A stretch of DNA of 64,000 nucleotides from Bilabrum cf. latius (taxonomy: Eukaryota). Each line of letters begins with the position of its first letter. The first letter of the stretch is position 1. The stretch is taken from the NCBI GenBank assembly GCA_965178125.1, contig OZ237757.1, positions 124,001 through 188,000 on the forward strand. Direction: 5' to 3'. This document shows, piece by piece, positions 13,222-24,937 of this stretch. The translations under genes and the position numbers were made by a program. The notes beneath the pieces were generated by a model. That model saw only the letters and a list, made by a program, of their open reading frames with translations. It had not been told where the DNA came from and searched no databases.

Positions 13222-14964
13222 TTAGCAATGCCTTATCCGTGCCACTACCGCCACAATGTCTCGAACGTTGCTGCGCCCGTCCTCCAGGCAGGCAACAGGA
13301 CCAGCCAGCCACCTCCCGCACGGGCTGGCCAGCACCTGCCCTGCGCCCCACGGTTCTGCTGCACCCCTTCGACTGCCATCGTGACCCACACCTTCCGGCT
13401 CGAGAGCTGCTTCCGGTTTGGCGGCGCTCTCACACGCCCGCGCCCCCGGCCCCGGCCCCGCTTGCTAGTGCTCTGCCCCCCCCTCCCCGGCCCACCCCTG
13501 CTTCTCCTCCAGCCACGCCATGAACCGCCCCGCGCCCCCTCCCACGCCGAAGTACATCCGCTTCGCAGCAAATAGTGCCACCCCGGGTGGCGCGGCGCTG
13601 CCACGGCCGCCCCCTCCCGCCCCATCGGCTTCATCTTCATCTTCATCTTCATGATCACCGTCTGACTGGGCCAAGCATCGCTGGCACGCGAGCCAGTTCG
13701 CGCGCAGGTCCGATTCCCGGTAGAGCGTCTCGCTGGCGAGAAGCAGAGACACGGTGCCCTGCGGCAGGCGTGCCGATGCACCGGTTGCAACCGCCACATC
13801 CTACCCCTCGCCCACCCCTGACCCCGCTTCGGTCGAGCCCAGCAGCTGCTCCCACGGGCCTGCCGCCAGTAAGCATCGCTCCGCCCACTCGTGACTATCC
13901 TTCTCCGCCCGTTCTGCCCCCGGTTCTGCCGCCGGTCCCTTGCTGGGGCCAGCTCCAGTAGGCCCATGCTGCCTCGACCCTCGCGCCAGGGTCTCCCGCA
14001 CCGTGGGCAGTGTCCTGTCTGCGAGCACACCGGCGTTCAGGTCCTGCCACCACCACGACTAACGCAGGTCCGGGGTGGATCCTGACGCACCCGAACCATC
14101 GATTGTTGCAGGCATTGGGGCGGGGGATGCTGCCTATGCCGAGGTGTCATGTCCGAGCTTATCTCCCCTTGCCCTTGCCCCACGCACCGCGCCCGCCCCT
14201 GCCCCTGCCCCTGCCCCTGCCCCTGCTGCCACGTGCTGCATCGCGAGTCGGAGGGCGCCGCAGCCCGCCAGCCCTGTGCCGCAGCCCAGGTCAAGCACGT
14301 CGCCCTGGCCGCGCATGATCGCACTCGTCACACCGCGACGCACGAGGGAGCCGAGCTCAGCCGCGATGCCCTTGGGATGCTGGAACCCTTCGCCCGGACT
14401 GCCGCTGCTCCTCCTGATGCCCCCATCACTGTACTCACCCCTATCCCTACCCTAAGCACACACAGACACGAGGAACGACACCAGGTCCAGCGTGCACTCC
14501 CAAACCTTGAGGCCGCCCTCGTACTGACCGGGCACCACGTCAAGGCGAGCATCCAGCGAGGGGTCGATCGAAGCATACGCAGGTAGCGCAGCCGAGGCTT
14601 GTTTTGGCAGAGTACTGGTTGAACTCTTTGCATCGGCTGAAACTTCTCTTGGTCGCTTCTTGCCCCGCAGGCGAGGCAGCTCGAGGCCAGTGGTGTGGTG
14701 CTGCAACTCTGCTGGGCACCGCAGACACGGCGCTAGATCCTTAGTATCCATCGGGGTTATGATTAGTGCATCAAATGCAGCACTAGTGACAGGTGACTCC
14801 CAGTCTGCGATTTTCCCGACTCTCGTGGATGTTTTTGCAACTGTAGCGTCCATCCCAACATCCTCGCCTGCAACGGTTTCCTTTTCCACAACTATCTCGG
14901 CCCATGGATCTGCAACGATCGCATCTCCGTCAGAGTCGTCATCAAATCCAAACTCGAATGACAT
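13222..14964 (-). CDS. METTL18: Histidine protein methyltransferase 1 (METTL18/HPM1-like)
   Basis: Motifs in order: PGQYEGGLKVWECTLDL, VLDLGCGTGL, QDLNAGVL, LASETLY, AAKRMYFGVGGG, DGRSNVRDI. All are in one frame across TAGs at 14452, 14134, 14059, 13801, 13465. Ends at TAA 13222-13224. Confidence 0.9.
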
Positions 14965-15071
14965 TTCGTGCGGAGTATAGGTTTGCGAAGCCGTCTTCCT
15001 TGCGTTATGGGTCAAACCGGAATTGCGAACGGTGTTCAATCCAGCGGCATTATTTCGCCGGATTGGGACCA

Positions 15072-15994
15072 ATGGGAGATAATCCCGTGTTTTTTGTGCC
15101 AAATTTGATTGGATATGTGCGTGTTGCTACCGCGCTGGCTTCGTTTTTCTACATCCAAACAGATCCGTGGGTGTTTGGTGCGCTCTACTCCGTCTCGTAC
15201 GCTTTGGATGCCGTCGATGGCCCGGCAGCAAGGGCTTTGAACCAAGGTATGGTAGCATTGAAAATGATTTGACTTTAAACAGGGGACAGGACGTGCACCG
15301 TGAAAGTTTGTCTGTCCCGTTCTGCGTTCCCCTCGCAGCCTCCTAGTTCGGCGCCGTCCTCGACATGGTGACCGACCGGGCGTGCACGAACGTGCTGCTC
15401 CTGGAGCTAAGTCGCTTGTATGGCGACTATCGCTGGCTAAGTTTTTTTTGGACGGCATGCGCGTCGCTGGACCTTGTCTCGCACTGGTGGCACATGCACC
15501 AGTCCCTGTCTCAGGGCGCATCGTCTCACAAGGCACTGGGCAAGGAGAGAAGCTGGCTCTTGCGCATCTACTACTCCCGAATCTGGCTTTTCTTGATATG
15601 CGCCGCGAACGAGGCATGCCTGCTGTTAGCCTATGCCGCCGCTCGCCCGGAGACTGCAGGTCCCGACGTGCTGGTGGCTCGGTCTGCCCTGCCCGAGCAA
15701 GTGCTCCGTGCTCGCTCCCTCGGCTGGCTCCCCTGGCTGCGGTCTGCGGGCGAAGAGGAAGGCCCCCTGCTGATCTCTCTCACGGCGTGCCTCGCACTCG
15801 TCACAGCCCCCGTGTTCCTCCTGAAGCAGCTCATCTCCGCGGTGCAGCTGGCCGAGGCGGCCGCCCTGACGGCGGAGCAGGACGCGAGGGAGAGGAGGGC
15901 GAAGAGGGAGGCAGGGGAGCGGGGACAAGGGGAATCCAAGGCAAGCGGAGAGGGTGCTATAGCGGACATTGAAGATGATAAAAAATCGCAATGA
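15072..15994 (+). CDS. PIS1: Phosphatidylinositol synthase (CDP-alcohol phosphatidyltransferase); join(15072..15246,15339..15994)
   Basis: Motifs FFVPNLIGYVR, LDAVDGPAARALNQ/AS*FGAVLDMVTDR, LDLVSHW, SSHK, LRIYY, KQLISAVQL. TAG 15344-15346 lies inside the catalytic signature. Ends at TGA. Confidence 0.92.
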
Positions 15995-16044
15995 GTAGAG
16001 GGTGTTTACCGTGTCACGGATCCATCGATCGACCCGCCAGGACT

Positions 16045-17434
16045 TCACCCCTCCGTCACCATGACAACGACCTTGCCCAGGCTGGCGTTGGACTCGACGT
16101 ACCTGTGTGCCTCGGCCAGGTGCTGCAGCCCCGGGCCAGCCTCCTCACTCGTCACACCACCCACCCGCTCCTTGACCTCCTCCCCCGCCTCCTTGCCCTC
16201 GTCGTCGATCTGCGCCCCAAACACGCGGCCCACCACGGGCACCAGTTCTCCCGCCTCCAGCCCGGGCCCCGCCTCGGCCCAGAAAGACCGCACCAGCGCA
16301 GCCTTGTACCCCCTGGATCGGGCCCTCAGCGTGGTGCCAAGCACGCGCGCACGCTTGCGCAAGATGGCCGCCAGCATGGGCGCCGGCACGGGTGCCTCCC
16401 CCGGCTCACCTTCGCCCTGTCCCCCCACTGGCACGGCGCTGCTGTTCCCCGGGCCCTTGCCGCCCTTCCTGGCGGTCATGGGCACGGCACCCCCCATCAG
16501 GCCATAGACCACCCAGGTCCCCTCCGCCGCCAGCGCCACACCGTTCTGCTCGGCATGCGATCCCCCCACGCAGTCAAGGATCACGTCTGCGCCCTTGCCG
16601 CCAGTGGCGGCTCGCACAGCCTCTCCGAAGGCGGGGTTCTCCTTGTAGTTGATGCCGGCGATCGCGCCCAGCCCAGCGGCGTACTCCAGCTTGGCGGCAG
16701 ATCCAGCCACGGCCACAGCCCTGCCCTTGATCACGGCCCGGATCAGCTGCAGCGCGGCCGTCCCCACGCCGCTGCCCGCCGCGTGCACGAGGACGTCTGG
16801 GGAACTGGGCGGGGCCAGCGACGGGACATCGCTTCCGGTGCTGGATTTCGACTCCGAGTCGGGCGCGGGCACCTGCGCGACGAAGCGGAGCAGCTGGTGC
16901 GCCGTGAGCCAGACCTCTGGCACGGCAGCGGCTTGCTGCCAGGTGAAGCTCGACGGGACAGGAAGCAGGAGGGCCTGCTCGGCGACAACGTACTGCGCGT
17001 ATCCACCGCCAGTCAGTAGAGCCATGGCCCGGTCACCGGCAGTCCACTTGTGCACGCCGGCTTGGTCATCTTCTGGCAGGCGCTCGCCGACTGCCACCAC
17101 CTCGCCCGCCGCTTCGAGGCCCAAGATATCGGTTGTGCCGGGCGGGGGCGAGTACTTTCCCTTTCGTTGCAGCGTGTCGGCCCTGTTGATTGCTGTCGCG
17201 TGTACTTTCAGCAGAACCTGGCCTGGGCCCGGGGACGGCACCTGCTTGCAACAGGTGCGAGTTCAGGGAAACGTGGGTAGTTCTAGACTGGGGCAGCTGA
17301 AACATTCTAAAGGGTATCACGGTCCAGTGCCTCACCGGCCGATCTACGATTTTGAGTTCCCCCTCCTCTGCAATCGCTGCCTGCATGGTGGACGGGACAG
17401 ATGCGTCGCCTGCGGAGCCTCCAGTAGCCGCCAT
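16045..17434 (-). CDS. NAD(P)H quinone oxidoreductase, PIG3/TP53I3 family (MDR superfamily); exons 17434-17336, 17241-16045
   Basis: Motifs AINRADTLQRKGKY, ILGLEAAG, GGGYAQY, PEVWLTA, HAAGSGVGTA, GTTLRARS, GKVVV. One GTGAG..CAG intron. Ends at TGA. No internal TAG. Confidence 0.9.
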
Positions 17435-17715
17435 CTGGGCAAGTGCAACGCAAGCGAAAGCTGTAACAATGAATGAGATAGACCGGCCGTGTATGGGCCA
17501 GTGCATTCAGTAATGATTCACGGCCAAAGCACCCACGCAGCCCGAGTAGGCGCGATCCGGAACACACGACCAATCCGCAACGAACCGCGTAGGCCCTCAT
17601 CAAAAGAGGAATGTATCAGAACACCAGTACAGCATGTTTTGTTACAGAGAGAAATGACAGGTTCACGAATCAGTACCCAACGGATCCGGTGGGCTCGCAG
17701 CGCACCCGCGAAAAG

Positions 17716-20700
17716 TTAGTTGCCTCCACCCAGGCCCCAGGTGTTCCACATCATGAGCTGGAAGTACGAGTCGTCCTCGATCCCAGCGCTCAGCAGCGCA
17801 AAGCTTTCGTTCCACTGCGCGCGAGACACGGGAGCCTCGTCCCTGGGCCCCACGCCGGCCTGCTCCCTGAACGGCAGCAAGAACTCCTCGAGGGCCTCCT
17901 GCGCCGTCTGCCTGCCAGACTTGACCGAGCTCAGGTGGCGCGCCTGGTACGCGCGCGCAAGGTCCGACGTTGTTATAGTCCCCGTCCCGCGCCGATCCAG
18001 CCTCCGGAACGCCCTGTCCACCAGCGCCAGCCGGAAGGGTGCCGGCTTGCCCGCCAGCCCCTGCAGGAAGGCGCCCACGGAGATCAGTCCGGTGCTCACA
18101 GCCCCCGCGCCGGCATCGAACCGAACGAACAGCGCGCCCAGCTCTCCATCCGTGCACCCCAGCCCTGCCTTCTCCAGCGCCCCCTTGAACTGAGTCCCCG
18201 TCAGCGCGCCCCTCCGCGACCCGTCCTGCCCCCGAACGATACGGGCGAACTTGATGAAGCCGTCGGGACCACGCCGGGCCATGGACCCACGCAGCCGCTG
18301 CAGGGCGTATTGCACCGGGTCTGCCTCGCCCCCCGCCATCGCCTTCGCCTCCGCCTCTGCCTTCGCCCTCAGGGCCGGGTCCCTGCTGCTCGCCGCCCTG
18401 TAGGCCAGCGTGCTGCCCTCTCCCGCGCCCGCCCTCCCGCCGATCATCTCACCCACGGAGGCCTGCGCGTATCCCTCCCGCTCAATGCCCCACCCGGACG
18501 CGACCATGCTGCCACCCCCGGCAGCGTGCCCCCCGCCCGACATCTTCCGCATGTCACGCACCACCGGCGCCCCTCCCCCCGTCACGTGCTCCTCGTGCCT
18601 CCGCACCGCGCCCGCGGGCACCACGCCCCTGGGGGAACCGAACGGCGACCCCACCACGGGGCCACCCTGCGTCCCCGTCAGCGCCCCCGCGGGAGCACCC
18701 CCCGCCCCCGCCCTGGGGTCCGACTGCATCCTCCACCCCCCCCACACAGCCACCGCGAAGAAGTCCCCCCCCTCCGAGCCGAGGGTCGCAGCCAGAGCCG
18801 CATGCCAGGCCTCGAAGTCCCCGAGCCTCACGGGCGCCTCCTCCCCCGCATCCGGGTAGAAGGTCTCGAGGAACTCCCGCAGCACGTCTGCCTCTTGCCT
18901 CCGCCCGCTCGCGCACTCTGGGTGGGCAGAGGGGTCGAAGGTCTCCCTGCACCGGGACACGGGCACTGCCCTCACGGGCGTGTCCACCCCCGCGGCTGCC
19001 TGCGCCTCTGCCATCAGCTTGTCGTACGCCTTGGCCACGAGGCCCTTCTGCTGCGGGCTCAGCTCGCCCATCACGGCCCGTGCCAGCTGCCCGCAAGCCA
19101 CCGCGCCCGTGGCAGGGTCCCTGAAGGCGCCCTCCAGCGAGGCCAGTTCCTCGGGTGAGAGGCCCACGCCGAGCTCCGACAGGCGCCGGGAGAGATCGTC
19201 GGGGGAACAAAGGGACTCGGAGGGGAGGTCGCCCAGCTCTCGAGAGGTGGCCAAACCCACGCCGAGGGCGTGGGCAAACCCCACCACGCCTCGCAGACCG
19301 CGGGGCACCACCCGACCTCGGATCCGCGCCACAGCCGAGGCAGCCACGCCCGCGCCCCCGCTCCCGTTGCTGGGACCCCCCGAGCCGCCGCCCCTGCCTG
19401 GGGTCGTCGGCGCCCCCCCTGCCCCGCCTCCTCCGTGGGAAAACCGGAACTCCTGTCGCATGCGCCGCAGCTCCTCCTCCACAGGAGCGGCGCCCGGCGC
19501 ATCGGGCTTGAAGCTCTGCAGCGCCTGCTGCGACTCCTGCAGGGCAAGGGCCTGCCCGTACCTGCGCCTGCCCCTGTCCCTCCCGAACCCCAGGTAATCG
19601 TCACCCCGTGCTTGTGCCCTGGGGCTCTGCGCCAGGCGCGCCTGCTCCGCCGCATGCTCGGCCTCCGCTGCGGCCCTGAGTCCATCGGGCAGCCCCACGG
19701 GGCCCCGCCTCGCAGCGGCGGCGCGCGCCCCCGCGGTGGGTCCCGCGGGGCTCTGCAGCGGGTGCTCTTCACCCCCCAGGCCCCTCTTGCCCATGGCCGG
19801 TCCCATGCCGTAGCCCGCTCTGGTGGCGTAGGGGCTGCGCATGGCGGCCGTGCTGGCAGCTCCCGTGCCCGCCACCTGCGCGTTCTGCTGCATGGCGGGG
19901 TGCGAGACGAACTGTGCCTTGGCGCTGTACGAGTGGTCCAGCCCAGCGGCCTGCGACCCCAGCCGCGTCATGGACCGCAAGATCCCGTCCTCGTCCGTCC
20001 GCGCGCGGCCCGTGAGCGAAGCGGCCGTGCCCGCGCCCCCCCCACGTCGGGAGGGTGTCCGCGGTGCACCCCCGCCCACCCCGTGGCTCCCCCCGCTGCC
20101 CACGGCCCCCCTCGGCTTGGTGTCGAAGCAGGACCACAGCACGAGACCCAGCTCCTCGTCCGTCGATGCCCCACAGCTGACCCCCTCCATCAGCAGCTCA
20201 AAGTACGGCAGCCGCACCACCCGCCCAGACATGCCAGACCCGGGGGTAGGGCCTAAAGAACCGGGGTAGGGGGCCTCCCCCTGGCCCAGCGCCTGCAGGA
20301 AGTCGCCCATGATCGCCTCCTGCGTGCGCCTGCCCGCGCGCACCGTGGGGTGCCCCTGGGGAACAAATCTCGCCCCCAGCTCCTCAAGGGGAATGGCCCC
20401 CTGCGCGTCACCCCCCCCTACGGCCCTCTCCAGCCGCTCCCAGGCCTGCACCACCAAGGCCCTCCTCGCGGCATTCATACGCCCCCGCAGCTGCGAGTGG
20501 AACTCCTCCACCACGATCACGGGCCGCCCAGCCGTGGGACTCTCGCGAGCCAGCACGCCGAACACCGCGTCCGCCAAGAAGGCGGCATCGCTGGTGGGCG
20601 GGGACAGCGTCATGCCCACGTCCTCCAGAGCAGCCCGCCACTGCCCCTCGTGCACCGCACCGTCTCCGTCCTCGTCCCGGGCCAGCATACGCTCCCGCAG

Positions 20701-22287
20701 CACTGCCACGGCCAGGGGCCCGCAGGACACGAGCATGTCTCGGAGCTTGCCCAGCAGGGGAGCCGGGTCGTCCGTGCGCGTGTACGAGTACCCCAGGGAT
20801 GACTTGCCCACCGAGAGGCCAAGCCGGCGCTGCGTGGCCGCGGCCTGGGTTGCGGCGGTGGCCGCCTGGGCCGCGGTCTGCATGCCGCTCGCGGGCCGGA
20901 TCTTGGACGTGAGCCTATCGCCGAGTTTGCCCAGGGCAGCGTCCGTGGGTGCAGACGATGGCACCGAAGACGAGGGGCCCCCCGTCCCTGGTGCCTGCCC
21001 CTCCAGCCCCCACACGGCCCAGATCGCCATGGCGAACGCGTTGTCGTCCTCAGTCCCCGCGGAGATGTCCGCGTAATAGTCCTCGAACTCGCTCACGTGC
21101 ACCCGCCTCCCCCTCCTCTGCACCCCGAATGTCTCGAGGAACTCCCGAAGCACCTCCTCTTCCCCCCTGCGGCCAGCAAGCACCTGTGGGTGCGCCTTTG
21201 CGTTGAACAGCACCGCCACGTCGTCCATGGACACCTGCCCCGTCCCGCTGACGTCCATCTTGGCAAAGGCCGCGTGGATAGCAGCCCTCCTGGCAGGGGA
21301 CAGCTCCCCGCGGATGAAGTCGCTGAGCGCAGCCGCCCCCGCGCCGCCTCCTCCTGGTCCCCCGTGCGCTCTCTCCAGCCCCACCACGTGCTCCACGAGC
21401 TCCCTCGCGTGTTCCTCCGACAGACGGATCGAGCCACCACGGAAGCTCCCCAGAGCAGCCAGCAGCTGGGCAGCGGAGAGGGAGCCCCCGGTGAGTGCGG
21501 CCTGCGACTCAAGGTGCCTCCTGAGGTAGCAGTGCGTGGCCGTCCCGATCCTGGCCTCTTGTGCCCTGATCTGAGCCGCGATGGAGGACGCATCCTCGGT
21601 GGCTTCCTCCTCCTTGTCGCCGCTGTGGCGGGGGGCCACGGAGGCTGCCTGCCTGCGGAAGTCCTCGCGGTTGAGCAGCCGGTGCACCTGCATCTTCTGC
21701 TCGTGCGTCTCGGGGCATAGCCCCTTTGTTCCCTGGCGGTGGGACCTGGACCTCTGGCAGGCATCGATCGCCTCCGAGGAGGACATGCCGTACACGAGGC
21801 CCAGCAAAATGGAGCCGATGGTGCCCGTGCGGCCGTTCCCGTCGTGGCACTGGAGGTACAGCACCTCCCCTGCCTTGATGTGGGACAGCAGCTTGAGAGC
21901 GAACTGCGCGACGTCCTCGTCCTTGGTCGTGGCCCCGTCCCTCTCCCCGATGGGGAAGTGGATGTAGGACAGCGGCCGGCCGTCGGGGCCCGTCACCTGC
22001 GGCATGCGCCCCGCCTCGGCGATGAGACGCGCGTCCTCTGCGTAGGGTGTGGCCGTGACCACGTTGGAGCCCCCGAACGTGGAGCGGAGCTTGGCACCCT
22101 GCGAGCCCGAGGCGCCCGTGGAGGGCATGTCGTGCTGCAGGCACACAAATGTGGTGACACCGGCCTCGAGCAGCTTGCTCAGATTCGCCACCATGCCCTC
22201 CGTGGACAGGGGGCCTGGATGCGGCCCCGCCAGCAGGTGGTCTCGCACCAGCCAGTTTGACTGCACGGGACCGTGCATCGACTCCAT
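17716..22287 (-). CDS. Cys-based (PTP/DSP-like) phosphatase domain fused to four calcyphosin-like EF-hand modules
   Basis: The N-terminus has SNW...AGPHP, GVTTFVCLQ, HFPI and the CX5R motif YLQCHDGNGRTG. Repeated modules follow, e.g. AFAKMDVSGTG...HPQVLAGRRGEEEVLREFLETF...FEDYYADISAG. Ends MMWNTWGLGGGN-TAA. Start is uncertain (track ORF begins 22431). Confidence 0.8.
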   Translation of the reverse strand: MESMHGPVQSNWLVRDHLLAGPHPGPLSTEGMVANLSKLLEAGVTTFVCLQHDMPSTGASGSQGAKLRSTFGGSNVVTATPYAEDARLIAEAGRMPQVTGPDGRPLSYIHFPIGERDGATTKDEDVAQFALKLLSHIKAGEVLYLQCHDGNGRTGTIGSILLGLVYGMSSSEAIDACQRSRSHRQGTKGLCPETHEQKMQVHRLLNREDFRRQAASVAPRHSGDKEEEATEDASSIAAQIRAQEARIGTATHCYLRRHLESQAALTGGSLSAAQLLAALGSFRGGSIRLSEEHARELVEHVVGLERAHGGPGGGGAGAAALSDFIRGELSPARRAAIHAAFAKMDVSGTGQVSMDDVAVLFNAKAHPQVLAGRRGEEEVLREFLETFGVQRRGRRVHVSEFEDYYADISAGTEDDNAFAMAIWAVWGLEGQAPGTGGPSSSVPSSAPTDAALGKLGDRLTSKIRPASGMQTAAQAATAATQAAATQRRLGLSVGKSSLGYSYTRTDDPAPLLGKLRDMLVSCGPLAVAVLRERMLARDEDGDGAVHEGQWRAALEDVGMTLSPPTSDAAFLADAVFGVLARESPTAGRPVIVVEEFHSQLRGRMNAARRALVVQAWERLERAVGGGDAQGAIPLEELGARFVPQGHPTVRAGRRTQEAIMGDFLQALGQGEAPYPGSLGPTPGSGMSGRVVRLPYFELLMEGVSCGASTDEELGLVLWSCFDTKPRGAVGSGGSHGVGGGAPRTPSRRGGGAGTAASLTGRARTDEDGILRSMTRLGSQAAGLDHSYSAKAQFVSHPAMQQNAQVAGTGAASTAAMRSPYATRAGYGMGPAMGKRGLGGEEHPLQSPAGPTAGARAAAARRGPVGLPDGLRAAAEAEHAAEQARLAQSPRAQARGDDYLGFGRDRGRRRYGQALALQESQQALQSFKPDAPGAAPVEEELRRMRQEFRFSHGGGGAGGAPTTPGRGGGSGGPSNGSGGAGVAASAVARIRGRVVPRGLRGVVGFAHALGVGLATSRELGDLPSESLCSPDDLSRRLSELGVGLSPEELASLEGAFRDPATGAVACGQLARAVMGELSPQQKGLVAKAYDKLMAEAQAAAGVDTPVRAVPVSRCRETFDPSAHPECASGRRQEADVLREFLETFYPDAGEEAPVRLGDFEAWHAALAATLGSEGGDFFAVAVWGGWRMQSDPRAGAGGAPAGALTGTQGGPVVGSPFGSPRGVVPAGAVRRHEEHVTGGGAPVVRDMRKMSGGGHAAGGGSMVASGWGIEREGYAQASVGEMIGGRAGAGEGSTLAYRAASSRDPALRAKAEAEAKAMAGGEADPVQYALQRLRGSMARRGPDGFIKFARIVRGQDGSRRGALTGTQFKGALEKAGLGCTDGELGALFVRFDAGAGAVSTGLISVGAFLQGLAGKPAPFRLALVDRAFRRLDRRGTGTITTSDLARAYQARHLSSVKSGRQTAQEALEEFLLPFREQAGVGPRDEAPVSRAQWNESFALLSAGIEDDSYFQLMMWNTWGLGGGN

Positions 22288-22832
22288 GCCTGCGAACGAG
22301 GGGAGCGGCGTAGGGATGCATCGAAGAGATTGCTCATGGAGCTGTATGTACGAGCTTCGTACATGCAAGCACCGCACCGACCGGCGAGGTAGCCGCTTGC
22401 GACACGGATCCGAGCGAGTGAACCGCCACACGTCCGAACACGTGAAAGTTGCCCAACAACCTTTGTCCCAGGTCTACACGCACAAACATGATATTTAACT
22501 TGCAGTGCGCTGTGAAAACATCGAGCGAGGCTACTGTAGCGACCAGTTTCCGCCATGAGACTCACGATGTGGCGGAGCAGGAGGAAAAGCTTGCATCTTC
22601 GCGTTCCGGGTCGCCCAGAAGGAAGCCATTGCGCTTTCTATCTAGTCACTACCGATCCAAAACACAAATAACGTATAGCACCGTTGTACTATATACGGAT
22701 CTGGCGAGGGTTGCACCGCAATGCAGAGCCCGCGCGAGTTGCCGGTGAGACGTAACGTGCAGTTTAAACCCCCAAAATCATAAATCGGATCGACAGGACC
22801 ACGCTATATGGCCAGTCTACGCCGTCGTAGGG

Positions 22833-24937
22833 ATGTTTTGCTCCAGTGAGACGATGTTACATACATCCAGTATTAGAATGCATGTCGTGGTATGTTGTAG
22901 TGCCTGCTTGTGGAAAGAATGGGGCCATATTCATCGCTTCACCTCTTAGCGATTTCAAGATGTGCATGCCTGTCTTGGCCCCAGAGCTTCGTGGTCCATT
23001 GTACGCAAACCATGTACGATGATCATGTGAATGCATCTGACTGGTTCGGCTGAACGCTGTTAGTACGGCTCAGTCCGCCCACCTACCGCGCCCTACCTGC
23101 AGTCCCCCAAAGCACGTCTGCCGCTTCGGACGCCCTCATTGATATAGTTCGGCACCATGCCGCTGAAACAAGATGTTTACCTGCTCCTGCCTGCGCAGTC
23201 TCTGGCGAAGTCCCTCGGGACCCTGTCGTGGATCCCGCCACGGGCATGCTGTTCGAGCGCTCGCTCATCGAGAAGCACCTGCAGCTCACAGGCACGAATC
23301 CCTCCACTGGAGAGCCCCTGGACAAGGCCTCTCTAGTATCGGTCAAGTCACAGGCCCCCCAGCGCCCCCGCCCTCCGTCGATGACCTCCTTCCCCTCCAT
23401 GCTGGCTGCCTTCTAGTAGGAGTGGGACGGGCTCATGCTTGAGACGGCCAAGATGCGCACCGAGCTGGACTCCACGAGGCAGAACCTAGCCAGGGCGCTG
23501 TACCAGTACGACGCCGCATGCAGGGTCATCGTGCGGCTGCAGAAAGAGAGGGACGAGTCTAGGGCGGCGCTGGCGGCGGCGCAGCAGGGGCTGGCCATGG
23601 CGCACGTTGGCGCCGCGCAGGTAGGTTCCGCAGGGGACAACGGGGGGGCGGGGGCGGCGGCGGCGGCCGGGGCCGCATCCGGCGCCGGTGCCTCTTCGGG
23701 TCCCCAGGGGCTGGCCGGGCTGGAGGGGGATGCGCTGGCGGCCGCCGTGTTCGCCCGCGCTGACGAGTGCAGCCAGAGGCTGAGCAAGCGGCGGGTCGGT
23801 CGCAAGCCAGCGAAGAGCCTCGCCACGCAGGCCTCCGTCGGGGCCTACGGCGAGACGTCGTCCTTTGCGCCCCACAGCAGCGACAGGGGTCAGGTGCACT
23901 GCATGGCACTGCACCCGGACCGGGATGGCGTGGTTGCAACCGGCGGTGCGGACAAGGCCGTGGTGCTGTGGGACTCTGCGGAGGGGCGGCAGGTGACTCG
24001 GCTGGAGGGGCTGGGCAAGGCTCCCTGCTTCGTGGGTGTGCTCGGCAGCACGGAGGGAGCGATGGGGGCGGGCGGCGCGGGGGCGGGGATGGTGCTAGCG
24101 GGCAGCGGCGCGGGTGACGTGCTCGGCTGGAGGTCATCGTCATCGTCGGAGGGGGGTGACGAGTGGGGCGCGGTGCTGAAGTCGGCCCCGCACGGAGGGG
24201 CGGCCATCGTGGCGGGCGCGGTGCACCCCGCCGGCGACCTCGTCCTCACGGCTGGGTCGGACGGGCGCTGGGCGGGCACGGAGCTGTCGCGAGGCACGGT
24301 GGTCTGCGGGGCGGCGACGGAGTCCAGCAGATCGGGCGCCTCGTCCTCGTCATCCTCCTCATCGGGTGCCGCCGTGGAAGCCTCCCGGCGGCCCGGGGCG
24401 CTGTCGGTGCACCCCGACGGCGGGCTCGTGGGGGTTGCAACCGGGCCCGTGGTGGAGGTGTGGGACCTCAGGGCCAGCGGGGTGCAGCTGAAGCTGCACG
24501 ACCCGGGGCAGGCCGCGGCCGTGCGGTCCATCGCCTTCAACGAGAACGGCTACCTGGCAGCAACGGGTGACGCTGGAGGCGCGGTGCGGCTGTGGGACGT
24601 GAGGCAGCCGTCGGTCAAGCACATGTCCGAGCTGGCGGGGGCAGCCGATGCGGCACAGGGGAGTGGGGCCGCGGCGGCGGTGGCTGACGGCGTGAGGTGC
24701 GTCCGGTTCGACTGGTCGGGGCGGTACCTGGGCGTGGCGCTGGGGGGTCGGGTGGAGGTGCTGGGCGTCAAGAAGTGGAAGCAGCTGGCTAGTGTGGTTC
24801 CGCAGGGAGAGGGCGCGGCGCCGTGCTGCCTTGGGTTTGGGAAGGACGCCAAGACGATGTTTGTGGGCGGCGGAGACAGGCTGGTGCGGGTGTTCGGGGC
24901 TGGTGCTGGCGCAGGGCAGCAGGGTATGCAGCAGTGA
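22833..24937 (+). CDS. PRP19: Pre-mRNA processing factor 19 (U-box, coiled coil, WD40); join(22833..22845,23199..24937)
   Basis: U-box MFCS/ISGEVPRDPVV...FERSLIEKHL, then PRPPSMTSFPSMLAAF**EWDGLMLE, ALYQYDAACRVIVRL and WD40 repeats. Tandem TAG TAG at 23414-23419. Ends at TGA. Confidence 0.95.
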
